From contig JAGYME010000006.1 of assembly GCA_018400715.1 (NCBI GenBank), positions 611-64,610 of the forward strand: DNA of 64,000 nucleotides, read 5' to 3'. This document shows positions 38,001 through 45,703 of this stretch, piece by piece. This DNA comes from Candidatus Bipolaricaulota bacterium. Lineage in GTDB: Bacteria; Bipolaricaulota; Bipolaricaulia; M55B111. Position numbers and translations under genes: made by a program. Numbering within the stretch: the stretch's first letter is position 1; every line of letters starts with the position of its first letter. The notes under the pieces were generated by a model, which was given only the letters and a program-made list of their open reading frames with translations, had not been told where the DNA came from and did not search any database.

Positions 38001-41000
38001 CACAATTAGTAGCAGATACCTCTCCCACTTCGCTAATGGCCTGCAAGGTCGCGCAATTCCTGTTCTCTCCCTCGGAAATGACGTGAGCCTCAAATGTCAA
38101 GGTAGCGGTATCGCCAGGGGACAGAGGATCGGCAAAAAGGAAGGTAATTTCCGGTGGAGTACCTCCCACCTCAAAAGACAGGTCAGCGTCGGCGCTGTCA
38201 GGTAGGTATTCGAGACAGTCCGGCAGCTCGTCTTTGACGTTAATTCCCTTTAACACGCACGTTCCCGTATTGTGAACCTTGATCAAGAACTTTACTTCCG
38301 TACATACGCTCGCCTCAATCTGGTCAACAAATTCACCGGTCTCCGTATCCTGCACGAGCTTTTCCAGACTTACTCCGGGACTACATCCAGCCTCTATTGC
38401 CAATCGGAAGTCAAATTTCTCACACACTTGATCATCACAATTGGCCACCAGAGTTACCTCGTATTCACCCGGACCGTCAAAGTCATTCTGGTCCAGTTCA
38501 AAAGTCTGGCTGTAAAGGGGTCCGTCCGATGATGAAAATCCTCCCGTCCCGGAGACGTACCATTCGTAATTTACCCCTTGACTGCAGTCACCTTGACATC
38601 CAAATTCAGCCTCGATCTCCAGGGGCAAATCGTTCGTGGTTACGTTAACTACCTCCCCGATATTAACGGTGTTTTCCTCAACCTGGATATCCGGATTATC
38701 GTCGTCATCGCTGTCAGGCCAATCACCACACATGCAACCACTACAGCATAGATAGAGATTGGCGTAGTCGACACTGGTATCGTCCTGAATGTATACGTCC
38801 AGATAGCTATTGTCCGTCATATAACTCAATAGGCTGTTAGTGCCTGGAGAAAATGATGAAGATAAGTCCGTTCCTTGAGCTGGGAGCTGACCCAGGTCGA
38901 GGTGAATGACGTTAGTCGTTCCCGTGGATGTATAGTCGCTCCAGAGCTTGTACCCGACACCGCCAGGAGAGTTATCACTGAAAGTCCCAGTCCACAGGTG
39001 CAACCAATCGTTGTGCGTTTCGAAAGGAAGTGCCTTCACCTTGATCTCGAGCCAGGCCTGAGTTATTTCTTCACAGTTAGGCCACTTGAAGGTGTGGACA
39101 AATTTTCTGTTATTATAGGGGAAATCAAACCCCGCGTCTCCCTGGTCTCCGAAATTAATTTCTGAGAGAAGAGCGTCTCTGGGGTTAACCGAGGGAACGT
39201 CCTGGTCATCGTCGAAGTCGTCGTCCTCTCCCGCCAACTTTTCAATTGAGACTTCATCTGGTCCACAATTGGATATTTCCTCCGTTAGAGTCAGCTTAAA
39301 TTGATATTGACCACACTTATGGTCATCGCAATGGGGTAGAAGGGTTATCCCGTAACTACCGGGGCCAGTCAAATCACTGGAGGCCAAATTAAGGTTTTGG
39401 GCTGACTGGCCTGAAACCAGAAGGTCACCATCTACAAACAAATCGAAGTCGGGATCACAACCGCCTTCACACTGATAACTGGGGACTATCTCTATCGGAT
39501 AATCACCTGTAGAGACGGTAACCGTTCCTCCAGCGGATACCATACTGCCCTCGACTGTTACGTCGGGGACCCCGTCGTTATCCCCATCAATCCAGCGTCC
39601 GCAGCTGCACTGATCCTGCTGACAGCCCTCGGGTACCGCGATAGTCTCATCATTATTGCTCTCGTCAATCTCGTTTATGATATGTTGAGGGTCGACGATG
39701 ACATCGATGGGTGAACCCAATATATTGGGTTGCTGGAGCACCTTAGTAGTACAGGAACCTGCTGCTAGCCCAGAAATGGATTCCATCCAGCTGGTGCCCG
39801 ACCCAGACTGCCCAACTATCGGAGATGCCTTAAAGAAAAATTCACCGTCCACGTCCGCGGTGCCGACGTTACAGATCGTGACCTTGACGTTACACTTCTC
39901 ATCAAATTCGACGCTATCCACTACCACGTCTGGTTTTCCCTCTGTATACTCGACTAACAAGTGACAGGAGGGACATTCCTCTCTACCACAGGTTGCATGT
40001 AAGGTGGCCGTGACCTCGTCAAACGAACTGGACGAGAAACTGCACTCGTTTCCGTCCCCACTTCCCCATGTCCCTATTCCCGGAGTGGTGACCTCCCAGC
40101 TGTAGCTTAGCAGAGAAGCAGGACAGTTAATACAGTTGAGATCTGACGTTACCGAAATTTCATGGGCTGCCTGAGCGTGTGTTACCTGCAGCGTGTCTCC
40201 ACAATTTCCCGTCCACGTAGAAGGTTGGTCTCCCGGACTTGAATAATACTCTACCTCAACTCCTCCCCATTGACCACATCGACACCCCTGACCCCCTTCC
40301 TTTCCAACTACCGTCGCACAATCCGTCTCGTGGAGTACTTCTCCGCCGGATTCAGCCCGAACCTTCACGCAGTTTTCGTGTCTACCTTCTGACACCACGT
40401 GGGCGGAGAAAGTCAGTCTGATCAAACCGCCGGGCTGAAGAGTATCCGGAATATACCAGGTCGGATTTGCGGATGAGCCGCCCTGCTCGTAGTTACTACT
40501 CCCGGAGACGTATTCGAGCCCCGGAGGGAGCGAGTCGCTAACAAAGATCTCACTTATCGGGCTATTCCCGGTGTTCATAATGGCTACACGGAATTTAGCG
40601 TTCTGACAGACCTCCTTTTCGACTCGATCACCAACGGTATCCCCGCCTTCCTGGACTATCTTTTTGCTAACGACCATCCCCGGCTCCCCGCTCTGTTTTA
40701 CCCTTAGCTGAAATTGAAATCTCGAACAATCCTTCCCATTACAGTGAGCGACGACGGTGAGGGTATAGCTACCTGGCCCGGCGAGGCTGGAGGGAGATAA
40801 AGTAAACGGACTAGAGACGTGACTATCAGATGAACCAAATCCATCTGGGCCACCAACGAACCAGCTATAGTTTGGCGAACAGTCTCCCACACAGGTGTAG
40901 TCAGGGTCGACCGTTACGGGGAGTTCGTCCTCTGATAGAGTTAAGGACCCCCTATTATTCACGGAAGAGCCATTGACAGAGATATCTGGAGTCCCATTAC

Positions 41001-41883
41001 CGTCCCTGTCGCCCCACTTACCGCACTCGCACTTGGCCCCTTCTGTGACCGCAAAGCTACACCTGGCGGCTGCTATGGGTCGGTCGCCTTTTTTTGCAGC
41101 TTCTTCGCCCTGATAGACTGTTAGACGCAGAGTCCTCTGTCCATCTGGCTCCTCGATGGTACCACCCACGCTTATAGATCTAGAGGATAATTCTCCAAGG
41201 TGCTCTGTTATATAACGACAGCCGGCTTTCACGGACTTTTCTCTGGCGAAACCGAAGTGTATATGGACCGGGTCGCCGACACGATAAGTAGCATTCGAAC
41301 CCCCCTCCAGACATCCCTTATCAGGACACAAGAATAAGGCGGGATTACTTCCGGTCGTTCCACTGATACCCAATCTTTCACGAGGGAACGTCCGCCGCAA
41401 CAAGATCTTGGTCGTACCGTCGGGCATCTCTTCAGTCATCTCGACGTAAGCGGATCTAGGACTCTCCTGGCGATAATTTACTAATACTTTTAAACAAAGT
41501 TCTCTTTCCCATAGGGTGCTTCCCATCCTCAACGGGGAAAAACGTCGATCAAATCGCCGTTTGTCGGCCATGCCCTCAATTATAAGTGCCTCGGGCTTCC
41601 CGGGAACTTCCAAGTCAAAAGTTTTTGATTCACCTGGTTTTAGTTCAACTTTCCCCAGACGTTTTACCTCTTCAAAACCATCCCCTCCCAAGACGAGGGT
41701 AGATAGGTTCAACGTACGCCGGTCACAGATGTTCGTTATCTCGACGGCCGCCTGGCTATCACCACCGGTTTGGGCTTCTACGACCCCGGAAACCAACGAA
41801 AGCAACATCACTGTAATAATTAAACTGAGGATAACCCAACCACGAGAAGAGCTTTGGAAACCATAAAACTTAACAGAATACAT
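35080..41883 (-). CDS. giant secreted multidomain protein (2267 aa): seven Cys-rich modules, two DUF11-like domains, CARDB-like, LamG-like, two copies of a C-terminal-type module
   Basis: Signal peptide (..LLSLVSGVVEAQ). DUF11-like domains at about nt 40300-40680 and 37990-38385 (LPPGLEYVSGS / LPDCLEYLPDS). CARDB-like at about 39625-39935. LamG-like at about 37020-37560 (DFSIDTWIKP..LRVNG..DEAEIYS). Trp/acidic-rich module at about 36320-37010 (WLADDWECDESGPVSFIQFWGSW). Confidence 0.85.
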   Translation of the reverse strand: MYSVKFYGFQSSSRGWVILSLIITVMLLSLVSGVVEAQTGGDSQAAVEITNICDRRTLNLSTLVLGGDGFEEVKRLGKVELKPGESKTFDLEVPGKPEALIIEGMADKRRFDRRFSPLRMGSTLWERELCLKVLVNYRQESPRSAYVEMTEEMPDGTTKILLRRTFPRERLGISGTTGSNPALFLCPDKGCLEGGSNATYRVGDPVHIHFGFAREKSVKAGCRYITEHLGELSSRSISVGGTIEEPDGQRTLRLTVYQGEEAAKKGDRPIAAARCSFAVTEGAKCECGKWGDRDGNGTPDISVNGSSVNNRGSLTLSEDELPVTVDPDYTCVGDCSPNYSWFVGGPDGFGSSDSHVSSPFTLSPSSLAGPGSYTLTVVAHCNGKDCSRFQFQLRVKQSGEPGMVVSKKIVQEGGDTVGDRVEKEVCQNAKFRVAIMNTGNSPISEIFVSDSLPPGLEYVSGSSNYEQGGSSANPTWYIPDTLQPGGLIRLTFSAHVVSEGRHENCVKVRAESGGEVLHETDCATVVGKEGGQGCRCGQWGGVEVEYYSSPGDQPSTWTGNCGDTLQVTHAQAAHEISVTSDLNCINCPASLLSYSWEVTTPGIGTWGSGDGNECSFSSSSFDEVTATLHATCGREECPSCHLLVEYTEGKPDVVVDSVEFDEKCNVKVTICNVGTADVDGEFFFKASPIVGQSGSGTSWMESISGLAAGSCTTKVLQQPNILGSPIDVIVDPQHIINEIDESNNDETIAVPEGCQQDQCSCGRWIDGDNDGVPDVTVEGSMVSAGGTVTVSTGDYPIEIVPSYQCEGGCDPDFDLFVDGDLLVSGQSAQNLNLASSDLTGPGSYGITLLPHCDDHKCGQYQFKLTLTEEISNCGPDEVSIEKLAGEDDDFDDDQDVPSVNPRDALLSEINFGDQGDAGFDFPYNNRKFVHTFKWPNCEEITQAWLEIKVKALPFETHNDWLHLWTGTFSDNSPGGVGYKLWSDYTSTGTTNVIHLDLGQLPAQGTDLSSSFSPGTNSLLSYMTDNSYLDVYIQDDTSVDYANLYLCCSGCMCGDWPDSDDDDNPDIQVEENTVNIGEVVNVTTNDLPLEIEAEFGCQGDCSQGVNYEWYVSGTGGFSSSDGPLYSQTFELDQNDFDGPGEYEVTLVANCDDQVCEKFDFRLAIEAGCSPGVSLEKLVQDTETGEFVDQIEASVCTEVKFLIKVHNTGTCVLKGINVKDELPDCLEYLPDSADADLSFEVGGTPPEITFLFADPLSPGDTATLTFEAHVISEGENRNCATLQAISEVGEVSATNCATVVGIRPCSCEEWEEVLIDNNPVTAGGTIAVDGEDLPVDIDPSYVCEGSCQDPVYYNWKIEGMGVQQGFSSSDDHVTGTITLDPGDLNGPGEYEVTLVPHCDGQACDRFVFTLKVRCKCIDISPPDPSPEWTDLVAWWPFNHCHQEIKDGHYDWWTKDGSAPRLGDGIKSGAIDVGENPSAGTGYEENFAWVSSHPELNFGKEDFSIDTWIKPTENFGTFVDKRDDGEGYALRAKPDSGLFKVYLNGWYTSDLTVDPDRWNFIGVIVNRHEGKMHLRVNGDTQMLALNGVGDLDNSGALWFGRDHEVPADSFDGLIDEAEIYSAAMDPEFFEDIFAAGYCGKCYPHNGGHEHKMTQPMWPYWNGWDVECGEIDGEEVWLADDWECDESGPVSFIQFWGSWEDFDDIEEEYPGDAGTIKSFEIMIAEHDGDCEPGEILWRDKFTDFDVHAAGDCCWLNWYNHEYECPGDADSYNHKRFYRYRINKIPDPFEQKEGKKYWLIIKPEIKEPELRWGWASSKYHRYCDAVWGAVTNDEFEVEDKLLRPDDCNRSLDLAFYVGEGPYYKCKCGKWKDGDDNDVPDVIINNITYTPGSPPVVTPPVNVVPYYKCEPSWLPECMDYYFWTLYGPDGDTLASTATGSSQMSPLSFDATLLEEPGTYMLEIVPECDGHECEPFRVQFQIKGECDCGDWNVVEFSWEDSAGASHSSTGTCTQDSVAIPELSGTVTVDSSIDCIGCGDIGPSYSWNLTPVDPGSVLPSPHSGFSLPADFTPPPGEHHYHLHLNALCGDVVCPQCVIALKVFQQPPECPCPETMEYHVCQRGDCFDGVEGSNPRQALTDWVNDHYAADNTYFYPENPDGCNKLKGCDDETPDRYWAHTFHLPVSVAPGCDIESAQLKIRVKNGGGNDTLRLGVISAGGWAETEPLSDYLGLGETDVITLNLSPSILSLMETEQVLDIAVQDDSSVDWAVLKINY
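35083..35512 (-). repeat. 'NPRxAL...HTF...QDDxSVD(Y/W)A' module, C-terminal copy
   Basis: SNPRQALTDWVNDHY..WAHTFHLPVSVAPGCDIESAQLKIRVKN..LDIAVQDDSSVDWAVLKINY. Confidence 0.55.
35599..35949 (-). repeat. Cys-rich module copy 7 (divergent)
   Basis: CDCGDWNVVEFSW...IDCIGC...SYSWNL...HLHLNALCGDVVCPQCVIALKVF. Confidence 0.6.
35956..36306 (-). repeat. Cys-rich module copy 6
   Basis: CKCGKWKDGDDNDVPD...YKCEPSWLPEC...EPGTYMLEIVPECDGHECEPFRVQFQIK. Confidence 0.7.
37651..37977 (-). repeat. Cys-rich module copy 5
   Basis: CSCEEWEEVLIDNNP...YVCEGSC...GPGEYEVTLVPHCDGQACDRFVFTLKVR. Confidence 0.7.
38392..38736 (-). repeat. Cys-rich module copy 4
   Basis: CMCGDWPDSDDDDNPD...FGCQGDC...GPGEYEVTLVANCDDQVCEKFDFRLAIE. 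Confidence 0.7.
38749..39190 (-). repeat. 'NPRxAL...HTF...QDDxSVD(Y/W)A' module, internal copy
   Basis: VNPRDALLSEINFG..FVHTFKWPNCEEITQAWLEIKVKAL..LDVYIQDDTSVDYANLYL. Confidence 0.55.
39286..39609 (-). repeat. Cys-rich module copy 3
   Basis: CSCGRWIDGDNDGVPD...YQCEGGC...GPGSYGITLLPHCDDHKCGQYQFKLTL. Confidence 0.7.
39946..40284 (-). repeat. Cys-rich module copy 2 (divergent, lacks the acidic motif)
   Basis: CRCGQWGGVEVEY...LNCINC...SYSWEV...ATLHATCGREECPSCHLLVEY. Confidence 0.6.
40693..41031 (-). repeat. Cys-rich module copy 1 (protein-level repeat)
   Basis: CECGKWGDRDGNGTPD...YTCVGDC...GPGSYTLTVVAHCNGKDCSRFQFQLRVKQ. Confidence 0.7.
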
Positions 41884-42421
41884 AGAGATTACCTCCTTAG
41901 GATTTCAAAACCCCGTACACGAATTTCTGCCAGTTTTCGTGACGAACGGCCAAACTTTAACTCCCAGTTTACATAGATAAACGGCTAATAATAATGCCGT
42001 CACCGGTCCTATCGGAGCACCCAGAGACAGACACTTTTCCAACGTATCCATGCCCCGGTCTGCTTCTTTTCACCAAACTTGCCGGGGCAAATTAATTCCT
42101 TCTTCGCTAAATATGCCGTTATCAAAGGTAATTATCGTCGACAAATTTGTTTGGCGGACGGTAAGATGAGAAAAGAGTTCTTCCAAGGCTGGAAAGTCAG
42201 GAGCAAGAGTAAATGATACGAAGAAACGAACAAGGCAGCTTGCGATCTGTGGCAAATATTATTTAGATCAGCAAATATTAAATCAATACAATACTTTTAT
42301 ACAGTAAATAAAAAATCTTGTCAAATCTGGGGTACGTCGATGATCACGTACAGGTCGTAGTTGAAAAACAAGAAAGATGGCATAAAACAACATATACCCA
42401 AAATCATTGCAGATGTCAATC

Positions 42422-43753
42422 CTAACAACCTTCGACCACGAAATTGGGGAGGGTGAAACACTCGACCAGAGAGGCAATTACGTTCTCCCGCCCCACCCTT
42501 GTGTACAGGCCGTTTATCTCCTGTTTATACAAAAAGAGCCCTATCAGATAGCCGAACTTCTCGAATCTAAGCTCTCCGTCCTTGATGTAGATGAACTCCT
42601 TCTCCGGGACGTCACAGAACTCCTGAGCGATGTAGTTTTCTCCCTGGACTTCTTCGACCTTCTTTTTCCACTCGTCCGGACGGTAGTCCCTCCCCACGTA
42701 GACGCCGTGACCGGCAAACTTGTCGAAGGGTTTGAGCAGAAACATATCCTGCTCCTCTATCAGCTTATTCCGTAACGCCTCGTTCCCCCGGTGAAATATC
42801 CGGCTTAGCGGGAAGTAATTGTTGACGAAGTCGGTTTCGTCCTCAGTTAGGTGATCCGTGTAGTCCGGTTCCTGGAGGATGGCAAATAGGGACTTGTTGT
42901 GAACTATCTGAGAGGAAAACCCACCGGCTACACAAACGTTACCGTCCCTGTAGGCGTTAAGGAACGGCTCGACCTCCTCGTAGCGTTCGACGATCTTCTG
43001 GGTCGTCGCCCGACGATAGACCAGGTCGATGCGACCCTCATCCGACAGTAAGTTCTTCCCGTCGTAGTCTAGCTCCCTGGGGTCACGGATTAGCGTCCGA
43101 TACCCGCGATCCACAAACCTCTTCTTGTACTCCCTGAACTCGCTATTTATCCCTTCCCCCTGGAAATCAACGATAGCCACCGTCTCCGGGTCATCTTCCC
43201 CCCCGATGAATTCGTGATAAATTTCGACGGTCGTGTCGATCCAGTTTTCCATGGGCGTGTAGTAGTGAATATCGCAGTCCTCAGGGATAAACTCCAGCAC
43301 CTTTGACCTATAGAGGGCGTTTTGCAGCACGCGGGCCTCGTTCATTCCCGCGGACCCGTCCGTGTTGAACTCACAGAACTTCAACCCACCGTCGTAGTCG
43401 TAGAAAATGTCAAAGCGGGCCATGGGAAAAAAGTTATCGTACCCGGGGTCGGCGAGGATTAGATCCTCGGTCCTCTCCGAAAAGGGGAATGCCCGGCGGA
43501 AGCTCTCGTCCGCTCGAAACCTTTCTATGGTCTTGTTCAAAATAGCAGTCAACTGTGCGAGGACCTCTTCTATCCAGTCCAGATCTTCCGGGGTAAAGAA
43601 GACGGGCTGGTAAAGGAAATCTACAGGCTGGCCCAGGTACCTGGCGGATGAGTTCTCGACCACGTCCTTTACCTCCCGATAATCACGGATGAACTCATCG
43701 GGACGAGAACGGATAAAGTCGCGATACTTCCTTAGCAGTTCTTCGGCGTCCAT
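42422..43753 (-). CDS. ATP-grasp-type ligase, glutathionylspermidine-synthase-like
   Basis: 443 aa. ARFDIFYDYDGGLKFCEFNTDGSAGMNE resembles the pre-ATP-grasp/ATP-grasp junction of GSP-synthase-like and circularly permuted ATP-grasp families. Motif-level call only. Confidence 0.4.
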   Translation of the reverse strand: MDAEELLRKYRDFIRSRPDEFIRDYREVKDVVENSSARYLGQPVDFLYQPVFFTPEDLDWIEEVLAQLTAILNKTIERFRADESFRRAFPFSERTEDLILADPGYDNFFPMARFDIFYDYDGGLKFCEFNTDGSAGMNEARVLQNALYRSKVLEFIPEDCDIHYYTPMENWIDTTVEIYHEFIGGEDDPETVAIVDFQGEGINSEFREYKKRFVDRGYRTLIRDPRELDYDGKNLLSDEGRIDLVYRRATTQKIVERYEEVEPFLNAYRDGNVCVAGGFSSQIVHNKSLFAILQEPDYTDHLTEDETDFVNNYFPLSRIFHRGNEALRNKLIEEQDMFLLKPFDKFAGHGVYVGRDYRPDEWKKKVEEVQGENYIAQEFCDVPEKEFIYIKDGELRFEKFGYLIGLFLYKQEINGLYTRVGRENVIASLVECFTLPNFVVEGC

Positions 43754-44115
43754 CTATTCCCCCTCGTGTTCGAAAAATTCATACGAGTAACCCTTTTGAC
43801 TTTTAGTTTAATCCCTCAAGGGAGGATTCTCAACTTTGCATGTGCACGTTATCCCCTTCTATAGGGCGATATAGGGGCAATCCCCTTGTAGTTCGCCCGC
43901 CTGTCCAGCTAACCGCTCTTGTTATTCACCTCGATAAACTTTATAGTTTAATCGTTTGCAATATAGTAACTTAAGATAGTATTTAGTAATTAGTAATCTG
44001 GGAAGCTTTAGTTAACAGGCTGCACCCGGTGCTTCGTGGCTTGAAGATACCACTCTTCGCCTCCTTGAGGTTATCAGGACAGTCAAATCAAGGCAGACAA
44101 GGAGGAGTTTTTTAT

Positions 44116-44316
44116 ATGTCCACAGGCACAGTCAAATGGTTCAACGATGACAAAGGATTTGGTTTCATCGAGCAAGACGACGGAGAAGACGCTTTTGCTC
44201 ACTACTCGGAAATCATTGGCGATGGTTACAAATCCTTGACAGAAGGTCAGGAAGTAACGTTCGACCTTGAAGAAGGCGAAAAAGGACCCAAGGCACTGAA
44301 CGTAGAGGTCGTATAA
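44116..44316 (+). CDS. csp: cold-shock protein (CspA family)
   Basis: [33 protein letters not shown]... carries the RNP1 (KGFGFI) and RNP2-like (DAFAHY) motifs. ATG 44116 follows AAGGAGGAG. The track ORF start 44029 is an upstream extension. Confidence 0.93.
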   Translation: MSTGTVKWFNDDKGFGFIEQDDGEDAFAHYSEIIGDGYKSLTEGQEVTFDLEEGEKGPKALNVEVV

Positions 44317-44356
44317 AGGTACATTACCTGAAATTTACTCAGGAATGATAATAATG

Positions 44357-44389
44357 GGCCACAGGTAAGTAACTTACTGTGGCCTTTTT
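44357..44389 (+). terminator. intrinsic terminator after csp
   Basis: GGCCACAG(G)TAAGT-a-ACTTACTGTGGCC, a 13-bp stem with one bulged G, followed by TTTTT. Confidence 0.7.
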
Positions 44390-45044
44390 CTTTAGGAGAT
44401 ATACCATTAGTACTCCAACTGCCGGTCGCCGGGAGCTAGTCAACACGCTGACTCACGCAACCGGCGTTCTCGCCAGCATCGCCGGCCTGATCATGCTGTT
44501 GTTGAGAGCAGGACGTACCGGGAACGTATGGATGTTTCTCGGTTTCTCCCTTTACGGGGCGAGTTCCATCCTCCTATTCATCTCTTCCACTCTTTATCAC
44601 GCAATTAGGGTCGGTACAGCCAAGACGTTCTTCCGGTATATCGATCATGGCTCGATATACCTGCTTATTGCCGGTACCTATACGCCCTTTGCCCTGATCA
44701 GCCTGTCCGGCTCCTGGGGCTGGTCCCTGTTTGGAACGATCTGGGGTCTGGCGCTATCGGGGATACTATTCAGCAGTTTTCTTGGCAATCGCTTTCCAAA
44801 ATTTGCCACCGGGACCTACGTACTCATGGGCTGGCTGTCGCTGATCGCCCTCCCCGGCCTGATAAGCAATATGAGCTTGATGGGCATATCCCTTCTGATC
44901 ATCGGGGGCGCAGTGTACACGGCGGGGATAGCCTTCTACGCCTGGAAGGCACTGCCCTACAATCACGCCATATGGCACCTCTTCGTCCTAGCTGGGGGAG
45001 TCTGTCATTACTTCACCGTCTACTACTTCGTCGTGCCCCACTAA
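44379..45044 (+). CDS. hemolysin III / PAQR family membrane protein
   Basis: 7-TM protein with N..TH..G (VNTLTHATG), S..YH and H..V..G..HY motifs. The GTG start at 44379 lies inside the csp terminator stem; in-frame ATT 44406, 6 nt after AGGAGA, is an alternative. Confidence 0.8.
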   Translation: MAFFFRRYTISTPTAGRRELVNTLTHATGVLASIAGLIMLLLRAGRTGNVWMFLGFSLYGASSILLFISSTLYHAIRVGTAKTFFRYIDHGSIYLLIAGTYTPFALISLSGSWGWSLFGTIWGLALSGILFSSFLGNRFPKFATGTYVLMGWLSLIALPGLISNMSLMGISLLIIGGAVYTAGIAFYAWKALPYNHAIWHLFVLAGGVCHYFTVYYFVVPH

Positions 45045-45205
45045 CGCTAAAAATCCTGCCAGAGCAGTTTCCCTGCAAGGAACTTCATTACAAATTTACG
45101 GACGTACTTCAACCGAACTTAATCCCCGATTAAGGTCACTGAACTACGCTCCAAACGGCCAACCAAATTGGAAAGAAATATCACGAAGTTCTGAAATCCG
45201 CGGGC

Positions 45206-45616
45206 TTGAAGGAGGGTCAACGGGTCCTGGAAATTGGATGCGGCCCGGGCTTCTTTACAGTTCCCGCGGCGGAGATAGTCGGGAGCGAGGGGAGCGTTGA
45301 CGCGATCGACATCAACCCGGTCACCGTGAACTACGTAATGAAAAAGGTGGAAAATAGTTCTATAGATAACGTTACGGTCGGTCAAGCCGACGCGGCAAAA
45401 ACCGGGTTCCCCGCCGAAGAGTTTGATCTGATCTTTGTATTCGGTCTCGCCAGGTCAAAGGGCGGGGCTCTGGACCAAATATGGAAGGAGGCAAATCGAG
45501 TGCTAGAGCCGGATGGTACCCTATCCGTAGAGGGCCGGGTCAATCCGCCTGGGGATCTGTTTAAAAGGGCTGGCGGGGCGGGGAGAATTGAGAAGTTCCT
45601 CAAAGTCAACCCTTGA
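45206..45616 (+). CDS. class I SAM-dependent methyltransferase, short or possibly 5'-truncated
   Basis: Motif I VLEIGCGPG lies only 8 aa after the TTG start. The in-frame upstream stretch from 45143 (..KKYHEVLKSAGL) looks like methyltransferase N-terminus but has no ATG/GTG/TTG. Confidence 0.6.
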   Translation: MKEGQRVLEIGCGPGFFTVPAAEIVGSEGSVDAIDINPVTVNYVMKKVENSSIDNVTVGQADAAKTGFPAEEFDLIFVFGLARSKGGALDQIWKEANRVLEPDGTLSVEGRVNPPGDLFKRAGGAGRIEKFLKVNP

Positions 45617-45632
45617 CTGAAGGGTGAAAAAA

Positions 45633-45671
45633 GGTGTCCAGGCCAGCTAATCACTGCCGGCCATGGACACC
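45633..45671. terminator. hairpin between convergent genes (candidate bidirectional terminator)
   Basis: GGTGTCCA-GGCC...GGCC-a-TGGACACC (8+4 bp, one bulge), between the methyltransferase stop (45616) and the Ala-rich gene stop (45704). Confidence 0.45.
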
Positions 45672-45703
45672 CTGATTAACTTAAAGGTCAAACGTCTCCT
45701 CGT

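Noticed and set aside
35511-41866. Many 60-160-aa plus-strand ORFs antisense to the giant protein gene
   Set aside because: The 6.8-kb minus-strand frame is uninterrupted and shows repeated conserved protein modules, so the antisense ORFs are by-products.
42070-42477. Two small minus-strand ORFs (61 and 64 aa) between the ATP-grasp gene and the giant gene
   Set aside because: They have no SD and no recognisable family, and the second overlaps the ATP-grasp gene end. The 8-bp hairpin at about 42050-42095 has a 23-nt loop and is too weak to call.
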